Below are positions 31,001 through 40,348 of a stretch of 64,000 nt of DNA, one piece after another. Within the stretch, counting starts at the first letter, position 1. The number at the start of each line of letters is the position of its first letter. The notes below the pieces were generated by a model. That model was not told the DNA's origin and did not search any database. It was given only the letters and a program-made list of their open reading frames with translations. Made by a program: the position numbers and the translations under genes. Source of the DNA: an uncultured virus (IMG/VR IMGVR_UViG_3300017783_003463) (taxonomy: Duplodnaviria > Heunggongvirae > Uroviricota > Caudoviricetes); the IMG/VR virus record IMGVR_UViG_3300017783_003463, positions 1-64,000 of that record; one strand, written 5' to 3'.

Positions 31001-34000
31001 GTATCCGTCTGCTCCGTCGTTAACTATTATTTTAGTATCGTTTGGAATAAGTGTGATATCAGTTGTACTGTTTCCTATTGCCCAAGTTACAAAGTTAGCC
31101 GCTGAACTTCTCCATTGCTGTGTGAAGCCTAAGTTGTTTAAATAATGACCATACCCGCTTATAAAGTTATAAACTTCTTGAATTGATCTAAGTTCTGTAT
31201 TGTAATCCAACTGAGTTGTAATTTCTTCAAACGTCCTATAACGTAAAACTGTTATTTTATTAGTTCCCTGAAACTGTACACTAATACCTGGTGTTGCTGT
31301 TTTTGGTTTGTTATATACAAAATACGATAAACTATTATCAAATCCATTTAAGGTATAACCGTTTGCTGTTTTGCTAATTTTAATGCCGCCAAAGAAAAAC
31401 TCTACATCTGGTTTGCTAGTGTACATAACAGTTGAAATATTTTCCTCAGGAACAAATACTCGACCTTTGTCCTGACTGCTTTCTAATATAAACTGATTGT
31501 TTCTGTTTACAAAGCCGCCTGCTTTGATCATTGGTTGAAAACTTAAATTTTCTAATCTATTTCTTAAAGTATCTGCACCAGTTCCATACAAATTACTAAA
31601 TTCAATAACTGCATTGCTAAGTCCATTATAATAGTGTGTGGCATTTTCAGCAAGTATAGGATCTAGTTCTGCACCACCTGTTGCAATGCCTAGTAATGGT
31701 CTGTTAAAATACTGTTCTCCTTGCTTAGTTACACTAGCACTGCGAATACTACCATTTTCTACAAATACTGTTACTTCACCATTAATTCCAAAGTTATCAT
31801 TTACTGTAACATCAGGTGCAATGGTATAACCACTACCAGGATTAATAATTTTAATGCTTTCAATAATCTTTCCTGTAATTGAGCTTCCGCTAAGATTAGT
31901 GTTTTTCCAACTATCTAATTTAAGTTTATCTGTATCAATTTCTTGTGGATGATCATATCCTGCTAGATTTTTTACTTGTCTTCTAGCTGTTCTAAAATAG
32001 TTGTTCAGCACAATTAGTGGTCTTGTTCTTAAAAATGCAAGTACAAGTGCAAGTTTACCTGCACTTGATCTGCGCCATTCAGCTTCTACTGGTCCGAAGT
32101 CACCATAAACAAAATCTTCAGATGCCTTATCTGAACTAGGCGTTGGCACAACATTTGCTGTGTCTGGATCGTTCATTACACCACCAGTTGTTACAAGTGT
32201 ATTGTTATTCCAATCATAGTTTTTATATGCGTAATTGATATCATAAGTTTGATTGTTAGCACCCAATGCAGGATCACTTGTTTGTCCATCTTGTAGCGCC
32301 AATAACAGTGCCGCACGTTTTGTTAAGTCTATCCAGCTGTAGTTTGCGTCCCACCATGTAGGTTTTGAGTTGTGACCTAACATTTCCCATGGATGGGTAT
32401 GTGGTCTTTCTGTATTAAAGTAATAGGTGTATATTCCTCTCCAGCCGCCAATGCCAGGACCTACACTGCTATAATTCCAAGTCCATTTGTCATTGATGTC
32501 ATAATATGTGCTACTGTTCAACACTGTAATATTGTTTTCAGACTTATATTTGTTGAACTCACTTCTAATAGAATTGTTTAGTTCATCCCATGTGTACACT
32601 GCTGGTCTGTGTGCATTAGGAAAGTATGTGCTAACATTAACAGTTTGAGATAGATCTGCTCCTAAATTATTATAGATCCTATTCTCAAGATCCCATATTC
32701 CTGCATCGACAGGATTAAATCCTGCTTGCTGTCTATTATACATTTCTGTACCTTGTCTGACATACACACTTCCGTCATGTCCTAAGACTACATTACCAGT
32801 AAATGATCCGTCGCTATCAACGCTGTAGTCTGCTCTAAGTTCTGGTACATATGGTTTAATCAATCCTAATTTAACTGCACTAGGAGGAACAAAGCTAACA
32901 CTATTTCTCTTGTACCATCTTATGTGTGCATTATTCAAACCTGTGCCTGGAAAACTATTAATGCCTGGTGCAATAATAGTAACTCTATTTTGATTGATAA
33001 GATAATCTAAACCTTTAACAAGTGACTTCCAGGAGTGATTACCATTACTGTCTGGAATTTGAATCCAAACTTGTACATGATTAAATGTGTCATCATAATT
33101 ATTAACTGCTTCTGGTAAATCAAAAACTGGTGTTTGATCTAGTATCCAGCTAACATCTATACTTTTATAATCTCTATACATAGCCATTTCACTGTGTGCA
33201 AATGAACTGTCTGCATTTTTACCTAAGTTTAGTGCTTCTAGTGTTTTATCAACTAGAGTATAAATTGGTAGTGTTTGATCTAAACTTTCATGTAGTTGTA
33301 CAATTTTACGTTTAAATTTTTCTTTGAATTGTTCATAGTTCGAACTTGCAAATTGTAATGCACTGTATGGATTGGTTGACACATCTACTAGTAACTGATT
33401 TAACAATTCAGTACTGTAAGGTTGTTGTCTAATTGTACCGCCTATATCATTTACTTGTACTATGTTTCTATAGTTGTTTGTTCCATACCAATTACCAGTA
33501 AACAATGGATTACTAGTCATCTGATTACTAAAGTGTTGAATTAAATCTCCGTAACTTATTTTGCTAAAATCTAAATTTTGTGCATTATGTACTTGTGTAT
33601 GTGCTGGTTCAAAATCGCCTTCACCTGTTGTTCTGTAATTTTTCTTTGAAAAGAAACTAAATTCGTATATGTCATCTTTAGTTAACCCACTAGTAATACT
33701 GATAATGTCTCCAGTATGACTGAAGTTTGTAAATGGCTCACCATTTTTTAGTACAGTAACGTTTGTCTCACTTGGATTATCATTTAAAAATATTACACCA
33801 AAGTTTGTTGGGTCAGCGACAAGTCTATACTTGATACTGTTAACTGTAGGAGTTCCTACTTGTATTTCAAATTTATTATTAGTTCCAGCTGTCCTAGTAA
33901 GTCCTGTGCTGATCGCTGTACCGTCCATGTTTACAAATTCTATTTCAGCTTGCGGAAATAGTGTGTTTATTGTGTAGGTGTTGCTGTAGTGAAAGAATAG

Positions 34001-36382
34001 TGTAGGTAATTTACCACCAATTCTTTGTACTCTGCCAGACAACACAGACGAACTTGGTTGACTGCTTACTCCTAACAATCCAAATTCTTTGAATATATTA
34101 TAGTATCTATCACCAACAAAACTTTCATGTCCAACATCTACCCTCAGAGGTACGCTAGAATCACTAATTACTTTTCTAATTTGTTTGCTTATTTGTTGTC
34201 CATTTCTCAGAGGTGTCCAACCATTATGATAACGACTATTTGTAAAGTATTTGTAATAGTAATAGCCTTTAATTTCTTCTTGGTTACTCTTAGATAAGTC
34301 TGTGCTTTGATTTACATATGTAAATCTTTTGTTTAGTAAATCTGCATCAAAGTTAAGTCCTGGATTATTTCCATAGTCAACATATTCTGGAACAAAACCC
34401 AATGCATCATCATAGCTTCCAGTATCACTGTGTACAAAGTCAAATATAGTACTACCAAAAAAGTCACTGTTTGGATATGTGTTATCATCATCTAGTTTAA
34501 CTAGATTAGTATCATATAGCTGTACTTTCATACCTTGACTTCTATGTTGTTTTTGTTGACCGTAAATCCATGTTGTGCCATTCCAAAATATTTCAGAGCC
34601 GCTAAACGGAAAAGTTCGATCACTTATACCACCGTCAGTGTCTTCGTAATTATATCCGTTTAATATTACAATTTTATCTCCACTGAGTAACTGTGTTGCA
34701 CTGTTAGTTCCATCATCATTATATCTTTCAGTGAGAACAATACTTGTTCCTACACCAGATACTTCAAATATTTTGTCTTTGTATGCGTTGTTTGTGGATT
34801 CTAAGAACAATATAAAATCGCCATCTTCTAATTCAACTGGAACAATTTGTTCCCAAAATTGTCTGTTTTCTCCATGTATTGGATTGCGTAATTCACCATG
34901 TGCTTGTACACATTCCCAGAATGTAATTACTAAGTTAGGTGCTACACCACTAGTAACTTTAACTTTGTCTCTGAAACTATAACCTTTGTTGGACCATTCT
35001 TCAGTAAATGATCCGGGTTTTAAATTGTATGATGTTTTTCCTACTATAAGTGTTGCAGGATCAATGTCGTCATTTAGTACATGATCTACATTTAAAATAT
35101 GCCTTGTACCTGTATTATATTTTTCTAATCCAGCTTTGTATTCAATAATAGGTCTTACTGCTCTATATCTGTCTAGTGCATAAAGATCGTCCTTAACATT
35201 TGCATAGCCATCGTATATTAAACTATTAGCAATAGTTTGTTCATGTACCCAAAGATTTGAACGTGACCATGCATTCTTGTCTGGACCAGTACGCTGTTCA
35301 CATGTATAATCTCTAGTGGTCATTCTATGTTCTCTGAGATCGTACTTTTTAAAGTCAAATGCAAATTGGTCAGCATCAAAGCCAGCCGGTTCTTGGCTAC
35401 TATAAGTTGTTATATTAGCCCATACTCTTTTTCCTTGTGTTCCTTCATATTGTCCTGGTTCAAACTGTTTTGTTAATTGAATACCGTCGGGATCACCTAC
35501 TCCGTCTACAATATAAATTGCATCGTTCAAATAATCGCCTGATGTAGAGAACGAATAGAATGTGTGTATTTCTACTTCTTCATTAAGTGCCGGAGCAGTT
35601 GTCAATGTTACTACACCAGTTACTGAATTATATGTATATGCACTTGTTGGTTGTCTTACGTTATTAACATATACTTTGTTTCTAACGGCACCAGTTACCG
35701 AGGCTGTAAAAGTCTGATTACCTAATACAGTTTGTATAAATCTGTCAACGGTGTGTGGATTAAATCTAATACGCATGCCATTTTCAAACGCAAGTGCTCT
35801 ACCATTTTTCTGTATAGGAGTTGTATATGTAGTTTCTCCAATAATAGTATCAATATCAAATGAGCTTGTATAATGTAAAGGACTTGGGGGTAGCACGTCT
35901 AATACCCAATAATACCTATGATGATTTATAAACATATCTAAGTTAATTGGTAAGTCAAGTGTAAATGCAGTTTCATTTAGTATTTTGTTATGATTATTTG
36001 TATTGACTTCATTGTACTTTAAACTGCGAATTAAATCATCATAAGCTAGTGCTTGGTCAATACTAGAATCGTCATTTTTGTTAATCATACCTGGAGTAAA
36101 TTGATAAGTGTCATTGCTTCTACCATCAACTAGATAGCTATCATCTAAACTAGGAGTAAATTTATCATTACCTACAGTTTTACCAACAAAATGTTTGACA
36201 GGTTCTAAGCTACCACTTGCCATCAACTGTTCAAATGTACTATCAAAAAATTGCTTGTTTACGGTTGTTTGTAAAATATCAGGTAATAGTTCACTTACTC
36301 TTCTACTTCCAGTTTTTTGTAAACTTTCTCCAGGTCGAGTAATTTTAGGAACTATAGTTGGATTAGTTTTGCGTTCGCTCAT
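25088..36382 (-). CDS. Giant (3764 aa) virion structural protein, probable baseplate wedge component
   Basis: 11.3 kb uninterrupted ORF coupled to gp6-like gene; Ser/Thr-rich middle; KPFHTK and RGTLGT motifs near C-terminus. Confidence 0.7.
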   Translation of the reverse strand: MSERKTNPTIVPKITRPGESLQKTGSRRVSELLPDILQTTVNKQFFDSTFEQLMASGSLEPVKHFVGKTVGNDKFTPSLDDSYLVDGRSNDTYQFTPGMINKNDDSSIDQALAYDDLIRSLKYNEVNTNNHNKILNETAFTLDLPINLDMFINHHRYYWVLDVLPPSPLHYTSSFDIDTIIGETTYTTPIQKNGRALAFENGMRIRFNPHTVDRFIQTVLGNQTFTASVTGAVRNKVYVNNVRQPTSAYTYNSVTGVVTLTTAPALNEEVEIHTFYSFSTSGDYLNDAIYIVDGVGDPDGIQLTKQFEPGQYEGTQGKRVWANITTYSSQEPAGFDADQFAFDFKKYDLREHRMTTRDYTCEQRTGPDKNAWSRSNLWVHEQTIANSLIYDGYANVKDDLYALDRYRAVRPIIEYKAGLEKYNTGTRHILNVDHVLNDDIDPATLIVGKTSYNLKPGSFTEEWSNKGYSFRDKVKVTSGVAPNLVITFWECVQAHGELRNPIHGENRQFWEQIVPVELEDGDFILFLESTNNAYKDKIFEVSGVGTSIVLTERYNDDGTNSATQLLSGDKIVILNGYNYEDTDGGISDRTFPFSGSEIFWNGTTWIYGQQKQHRSQGMKVQLYDTNLVKLDDDNTYPNSDFFGSTIFDFVHSDTGSYDDALGFVPEYVDYGNNPGLNFDADLLNKRFTYVNQSTDLSKSNQEEIKGYYYYKYFTNSRYHNGWTPLRNGQQISKQIRKVISDSSVPLRVDVGHESFVGDRYYNIFKEFGLLGVSSQPSSSVLSGRVQRIGGKLPTLFFHYSNTYTINTLFPQAEIEFVNMDGTAISTGLTRTAGTNNKFEIQVGTPTVNSIKYRLVADPTNFGVIFLNDNPSETNVTVLKNGEPFTNFSHTGDIISITSGLTKDDIYEFSFFSKKNYRTTGEGDFEPAHTQVHNAQNLDFSKISYGDLIQHFSNQMTSNPLFTGNWYGTNNYRNIVQVNDIGGTIRQQPYSTELLNQLLVDVSTNPYSALQFASSNYEQFKEKFKRKIVQLHESLDQTLPIYTLVDKTLEALNLGKNADSSFAHSEMAMYRDYKSIDVSWILDQTPVFDLPEAVNNYDDTFNHVQVWIQIPDSNGNHSWKSLVKGLDYLINQNRVTIIAPGINSFPGTGLNNAHIRWYKRNSVSFVPPSAVKLGLIKPYVPELRADYSVDSDGSFTGNVVLGHDGSVYVRQGTEMYNRQQAGFNPVDAGIWDLENRIYNNLGADLSQTVNVSTYFPNAHRPAVYTWDELNNSIRSEFNKYKSENNITVLNSSTYYDINDKWTWNYSSVGPGIGGWRGIYTYYFNTERPHTHPWEMLGHNSKPTWWDANYSWIDLTKRAALLLALQDGQTSDPALGANNQTYDINYAYKNYDWNNNTLVTTGGVMNDPDTANVVPTPSSDKASEDFVYGDFGPVEAEWRRSSAGKLALVLAFLRTRPLIVLNNYFRTARRQVKNLAGYDHPQEIDTDKLKLDSWKNTNLSGSSITGKIIESIKIINPGSGYTIAPDVTVNDNFGINGEVTVFVENGSIRSASVTKQGEQYFNRPLLGIATGGAELDPILAENATHYYNGLSNAVIEFSNLYGTGADTLRNRLENLSFQPMIKAGGFVNRNNQFILESSQDKGRVFVPEENISTVMYTSKPDVEFFFGGIKISKTANGYTLNGFDNSLSYFVYNKPKTATPGISVQFQGTNKITVLRYRTFEEITTQLDYNTELRSIQEVYNFISGYGHYLNNLGFTQQWRSSAANFVTWAIGNSTTDITLIPNDTKIIVNDGADGYFDNINKKYDGVYNIINEKGKQISSTDLIIDRKSMEPDSETVFQVKDADSVRLYGIRLYKVQLEHAFVFDNITNFDDVIYDSSIAQRHNRIVWRGSRTKDWNGKLYSPGYIVDENTVIPNYDTVAREVDQYLGRTNTLSNKQLSDIARFNAGYNKPDWSKNLDFDDDTLYEFVKGSYKYRGTDHALTAFMRNQELFDGQASAELLEQWAIRTADFGDTSTRGTLEFQITPDLLKTSPQPVRISAGQKFDVLSDIVIDIDATSPLKVHDSTENNFLTRPVNTFKDSSDELFAQDYTTAGLPLLSEADYKVINKEDFEQFPEEVKESYDHSGDWQDIGIWDSNVSYKFNEKVLHKGKTWSMIDEDGASGIATASDPIELKGTVQLPVIPSTGQTLVIDGNTITLSKSATSTTTNVIQVPGTVNIASTNVVPHGSTLILGSSSTINTTVTFSNIVSTTTFVDIEKIGSTINPTIQGSATATLIIDGTTVNFNDPQSANTNITAQQAYENSFNTSWIQNQSSISSSATTRIQRIEGLRAAYIASNSAAAWTTWITTYYTNNAGLNISHLLTLIQGGGSTQQPAEFLLDQDLVIINNIKGTSYVGTQVISGAQIVGSSDITDSQGAMNNGTYTDDIATYLKDSANASTTFAPSTVVVSITTPGFKLYTLTDIVQEINDAGISNVTASADASSRLKITKTTNTPAVTFTLTISVGTENANVGFSTATESISSSSNTQNLELPLSLQQTIDQINDAGISGITASAGTSNTNVLQINSTLANLFIGIGTANSPIGLPSGLVPASTTTATSNVGLNIIDIVEKINNANIIGVSATNASNKLRLTSTNSTMVIGAGTANTTVGITAQTLSATQSATSAVFEAIVDSNGNPVFTKDTNDPNIFAIWVADDSEFGSYNLGYQVYQTMDFGIYTFDICAGPDAGDDAEIKVNRQTGDVQAHNLSVGDYILIRGSNSVPNIDGIHKVTKVSNQTNKFYIDEFIEQNGSTGNIYPLRKMRFPTYAALEADRQIKINDVYKYNFAGVRQALSANPIYAYVDDDGTGQSAVYSWTGTWSDTNGHIGSWKQVRTGIAQARNDLIENIKLYDAEKQSTITTLEVFDPAKGIIFGFVDKEIDYKITNDIANYNFNNIDGSITNDEQWGREYLGARWWNTSTAVYLDYEQSTVDYQQNNWGKLFDGSSIDIYEWTASPVPPEQWSELVTQKAIVDNKEASGEAYSVTINGQTVYNWTEENYYNEASKQTETVYYFWIKNKTNSIRNSNYNVFQLAQIMLNPNAFDLSWSAQAGDDTLLLANIRNFVNKDTVAQLNQKNVDLALPMQDWVMLAEKDPNITIPEYLHVKIRDSLAGFNRFSVDKPYTTWNNTTVYADDQVVKEGTDFYISLQANNQGNQPSLDTDMSHWSRVYDYNFIEDTQADDISVWRGQPVPDLKLHKYNRYGFQTRPRQSLFRDVKEARQNFVHSVNSLLSTVNVIDEINNWENAFTDAFTEGVVTYKIKDYTNLVDWHLVETDTDGNETFRFNPNTVADIVYNTRTDYVNAGDPVDGSYILVKSTSPGADIDRSEMYYYINGEDKLVFKEKATVQLSEEIWNQSKFGNGFDAIGLDVTPFDACSDNVISRLMDLLRSEIFIGTHHVKYNQMWFKLLFTAILQNTADDFAFKTTFAHLGIKRPLLINKDKYQSYDINVVEEYVNSIKPFHTKLLSSMESNTHGESTNIEIEDIERNSVITLNYEDHSIRSWEGDTILLGGDFTSTPTGDIDQSEFTTANASFSDDYNGNVFQQAVLEGFGEELVATDFTENINILVQTNASGSTVTSDSRAFRMAYYMPTNIQESNAIVDAQKTTTTADINTTDTTIPVTDATVLDDPNITLGANPGVVYIGNERIEYNAVDGNNLLFCTRGTLGTSAVEHTSGASVINSGQTTKIPTVDKFSHYGDGLRLAYNDSGISLSATGTTPEHAFIRNVGKGTI

Positions 36383-39300
36383 TAGTAACCTCCGCCGGAT
36401 GAAGAACCAGAACTGGATGTTGATGAAGTATTACCAGTAATATTTTCACCTATTGTTGTTAGGTTTGCTATACTAGTACCAGTTACTGAAATATTATTTG
36501 ATTTTACAACTGGAAGAAATAGTTCATCACTGCTACTGCTTATTTCAAATAGTGCAATACTATTATTTGGATTAGCAACACTTTCGATTGTAATTTGACT
36601 GATCTCGCCGATCATGTTATTGTGAATAAATGCCGCCATTTCAGTAAAGTAAAAATCTTCTCCAAAGTCCCAATTATCAATATTAAAGTATGTATCAATT
36701 AAATTGATTACTCTTTGTTTAATTTCTGTATCACTAAGTGTAGTGTTTGAAGTTTTAGTTACATTAAATTTAGCTTGTAGTTCTCCACTTGCTAAATCTC
36801 CAAACAGTATTTTATATTTAACAGGTCTGTATATCACTTGATCACTGATACTCTTTTTGCTGTTTAAGCTGTCAAATGTATCAGTAAGTTCACTTATAGT
36901 TGGTGCATTAGGTCTAGTTTCAGGTCTAGTATCATATAACGCCCAATTTCTAAATCTAGTATTATAACTGTCTAATAACACATAGGTATCTATAATATTA
37001 GTTGTGCTTGGGTCAATCAATTGATTGATGTCGGCTATTCTATTATACTGTGTATGCAAACTACCTACGCCACTTACAACTGTGGTTCCATCTACTTCAT
37101 CTTGCACAGTATAATTAAAACCATCTACAGTTTTAGTACCCAGCTTAATTGTCTGTGATCCTACAATTTTTTCAAATGCTTCTGGGTCATTTGGGTATCC
37201 GTCATTGTTCGGATCTGAAAGTGTAACTCTTAAATTGTGAGGATCCGAATATCCGTCTGCGTATGTAAAGTATCCATAAGCATTAAATTGAAAATCTCTA
37301 CCAATTGGATTGGGATCTATTTCACTTGTAGGATTGATACTTAATATTTTTACGTTATCTCTGAGAGGTTTAAGTGTTTCGCTACTAAATGTTTCTGAAA
37401 AATTTAAATTAGTAAATTTAAGTTTCTTAGGACTTCCAACTACAAACTGTGTTTTTCTAGTTAGCATTTCCCATTCGTTTACACCATAGTTAAGTCTAAT
37501 TACCCAGCTGTTATCAATACCAGTACTGCTTCCATCACCTGCGTATTGTAAACTAAAGTTAGATGCATCATTTAATAATTCACTGTTAACTGATAAGTTA
37601 GCACTTTCAATTATAATCCATTTTTGACTTGCCGCATTATAACGCAACCCAAAACTATTGTTGCTGTTAATCTTAGCAATAACATTTGTTCTTGTTGTTG
37701 CATCTAAATCTGTACTGAGTCTCGGAACTAGTCGGCGTATTCTACTGCCACTTCCTACTACTTCACTTAAAACAATACTACCTTTTCCTGTATTGTCAAT
37801 ACCTGTTGGAGTACCAGCACTATCATCGTCTCCTAATCCATCTTTATAAAGTCTATCTACTTTAACCCATTTTGTTTTTGCATCAAGTATTGTACCTTTT
37901 ATAGTTGCGCCTGTTCCGCCGCCGCCTGTGATACTAATATTAGTACTTTGATCGTATCCACTACCAGCGTCTGTAATAGCTACAGTAGTTACTGCACCAT
38001 TTGCTATTGTGCAAGTTGCTGTAGCACCTGTACCTTTACCAGTAATAGTAACTGTTGGTGTGCTGGTATATCCACTTCCTCCGGAGGTTACACTAGCACT
38101 ACTGATATATCCTATCTTATATGGTGCATCGATAAATTCTACCAATCCGTTAATGTCTGCTTTTTTAAGTACACTGGTAGTTGTTTGTCCTATTCTTTGA
38201 ATAATACTGTTATAAGTTATATAACCACTACAAGTCCCGCTTCCTTTTGTTATTTGATTCCATCGGTATACATTATTGTCAGTGCCATCATTATTAAAAA
38301 ATACTATACCGTCGGTAGTATCATTAAAGTCTTTAAATGCATTGTGCGTTGCTGAACTATATCCTTGTCTATTGTAATAAAAATTAAATATTTCTGGATC
38401 AGCTAGTACTGGTTTAACAAACTTGTCATATATTTGTGTGCCGTTTAAACTTGTAGGCAAACTTACAACACTTCTAGTTGTAGCTCCTTTATCATAAAGA
38501 TACACATCATCAGCATACTGTGTTGCATCACTATATGTTGCTGTAGGATCATATATGTCACGGAATCTGCTGTGACCGCTGTGTACTCTGTTTACACTTT
38601 TAATTTTGCGAATGTTTTCACTAGCTGTAAGAGGAGCAATAGAATAATCATCTGCTGTTACCATTCTATCTTGTGTTGTAAAGAAGCGAGGAGCGTTTGC
38701 TTTAATACTAGCAAGACTTTCTCTTTCACTTGCGTTACTTACTACACTTTTCAAACTACATTTAAATTTTGCTTGATGTGTATTTCCACTTCTGCTAAGA
38801 TATGTAACATTAAATCCAATACTGTTAAAACTGTCAGGTGTTAGATTGTATGTTCTGTTTAATCCTGTTCTATACCAAACTCTGATAATTCCACGTGGAA
38901 TATTACCAAATCTACCATCTGCAAAGAGTATGCTAATCTGATCATTCTCTCTGCTACTGATACTGTAAATATCTCTAATTTTATTTTGTCTTGCATTAAA
39001 CAATGTGTTAGCGCCAAACAGTCTATCAACTCTACTCCATGTTTTTAATACTTGACCTACTTCGTCTACAGTCTGAACCCACACTTCACCGTTAGCAACA
39101 TTATCACTGTTAATATCAACTGCTAAATTTGGTAGTCCGTTGTCAATTTGAAAGTCTTTAAAGTTTAGTGTTCCTTGTTTAAAGCCTACAAAGAAACCAG
39201 TGTTTGGTGAACCAAACCCACTATTGTCATTTCTATAAAGTAAGTCAACGTTTGTGTAAGGATCAGGATCTTTTTCTATCACTGCATTTGTAGTACTGTT

Positions 39301-39954
39301 GATAGTTGGATTGTACAAACTAAATGTTGCATTAGCATTATTAATTTTATTTGAAAACTCTCTATTGATTTTGTTGTTTGTACTATTTGTTCTATAGACT
39401 TCGTTTGAGATTCCTTCAATTATTGTTTTACTAAAAGGCGATCCAAACTGACTACTGCTTTGAAAAATGCTGTTCATAATAGCTAAAAAGTTTTGATAGC
39501 TTGCAGGGTTTGTTACATCTTCAAATTGTGTAACAACATTTGCAAGACTTTCTCCAGTAGCGTCAAATACTTGTTCGTCTGTTTGTACACTATCAATCTT
39601 TAAAAAGCCATTTGCAACAACATTTCTAGTAGGAGTATAACCTAAAAATTCAGCAATACGCAAGGCGCTTTCTCTACGTTCTGCTGTACTTAGATAATTT
39701 TCTCTTTGACCTAAATCTGCTCTAAATGCTAGGTTGTGTCCTAGGAATGCAATCAATTCAATGAGAGCTATAAATTCACTACTATTAATATAGTCATTAA
39801 AGTTTTCTGGATAGTTTGTGCTGATGTAATCGACCATTGCTGATCTGATTGTTTCAAAATCATATGCTTTGAGATTTGCTTGAGCAAAACTTTCGTATGC
39901 TACTGTAAAATCCTCTGCGGCAAATAAACTACTTTGACGTGCGCCTTGTGCCAT
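36382..39954 (-). CDS. gp6: Baseplate wedge protein, T4 gp6-like
   Basis: DFETIR..MVDY, FNDYINSS, ENYLSTAERRES, FADGRFGNIP, QDRMVTADDY; follows gp25. Confidence 0.8.
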   Translation of the reverse strand: MAQGARQSSLFAAEDFTVAYESFAQANLKAYDFETIRSAMVDYISTNYPENFNDYINSSEFIALIELIAFLGHNLAFRADLGQRENYLSTAERRESALRIAEFLGYTPTRNVVANGFLKIDSVQTDEQVFDATGESLANVVTQFEDVTNPASYQNFLAIMNSIFQSSSQFGSPFSKTIIEGISNEVYRTNSTNNKINREFSNKINNANATFSLYNPTINSTTNAVIEKDPDPYTNVDLLYRNDNSGFGSPNTGFFVGFKQGTLNFKDFQIDNGLPNLAVDINSDNVANGEVWVQTVDEVGQVLKTWSRVDRLFGANTLFNARQNKIRDIYSISSRENDQISILFADGRFGNIPRGIIRVWYRTGLNRTYNLTPDSFNSIGFNVTYLSRSGNTHQAKFKCSLKSVVSNASERESLASIKANAPRFFTTQDRMVTADDYSIAPLTASENIRKIKSVNRVHSGHSRFRDIYDPTATYSDATQYADDVYLYDKGATTRSVVSLPTSLNGTQIYDKFVKPVLADPEIFNFYYNRQGYSSATHNAFKDFNDTTDGIVFFNNDGTDNNVYRWNQITKGSGTCSGYITYNSIIQRIGQTTTSVLKKADINGLVEFIDAPYKIGYISSASVTSGGSGYTSTPTVTITGKGTGATATCTIANGAVTTVAITDAGSGYDQSTNISITGGGGTGATIKGTILDAKTKWVKVDRLYKDGLGDDDSAGTPTGIDNTGKGSIVLSEVVGSGSRIRRLVPRLSTDLDATTRTNVIAKINSNNSFGLRYNAASQKWIIIESANLSVNSELLNDASNFSLQYAGDGSSTGIDNSWVIRLNYGVNEWEMLTRKTQFVVGSPKKLKFTNLNFSETFSSETLKPLRDNVKILSINPTSEIDPNPIGRDFQFNAYGYFTYADGYSDPHNLRVTLSDPNNDGYPNDPEAFEKIVGSQTIKLGTKTVDGFNYTVQDEVDGTTVVSGVGSLHTQYNRIADINQLIDPSTTNIIDTYVLLDSYNTRFRNWALYDTRPETRPNAPTISELTDTFDSLNSKKSISDQVIYRPVKYKILFGDLASGELQAKFNVTKTSNTTLSDTEIKQRVINLIDTYFNIDNWDFGEDFYFTEMAAFIHNNMIGEISQITIESVANPNNSIALFEISSSSDELFLPVVKSNNISVTGTSIANLTTIGENITGNTSSTSSSGSSSGGGY

Positions 39955-40316
39955 TATTCTTCACCTGTAAAGTTAAGCAACAGTTCTTCTGCTGTTCCTG
40001 TATCAATGTATTCTAATCTAACCTTTATCTCTAAACTATGTTCAGTGGGTTTGCTTAATAGCGTTTCCAGCACATTCCAACGTGGATCATTATTAACTAT
40101 TTTGTCAACATCATCTTTTGCTTCTTGCTCGGTTATTTCATCTAAGGGTTCAAATACTAATTCAGGTAGTATACTACCAAAAGTAGGATTACCTACTCTT
40201 TCTCCACGACGAGTATAAAAGTGATTGAGTAAATCACGCTTTGCAAGGTCAGCATCTGTAAGTGTTTTTGCACCGCTGATACTGTCTATTGTGCTATATC
40301 CGATATAGGTTACCAT
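39954..40316 (-). CDS. gp25: Baseplate wedge subunit, gp25-like
   Basis: TRRGERVGNPTFGS..LVFEP, DPR. Confidence 0.85.
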   Translation of the reverse strand: MVTYIGYSTIDSISGAKTLTDADLAKRDLLNHFYTRRGERVGNPTFGSILPELVFEPLDEITEQEAKDDVDKIVNNDPRWNVLETLLSKPTEHSLEIKVRLEYIDTGTAEELLLNFTGEE

Positions 40317-40321
40317 ACTAT

Positions 40322-40329
40322 TATTTATG
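40322..40329 (-). promoter_or_regulatory. Late-promoter-like element CATAAATA
   Basis: One mismatch to TATAAATA, 5 nt before gp25 ATG. Confidence 0.5.
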
Positions 40330-40348
40330 GTAAAATTAAGTACTCGGT

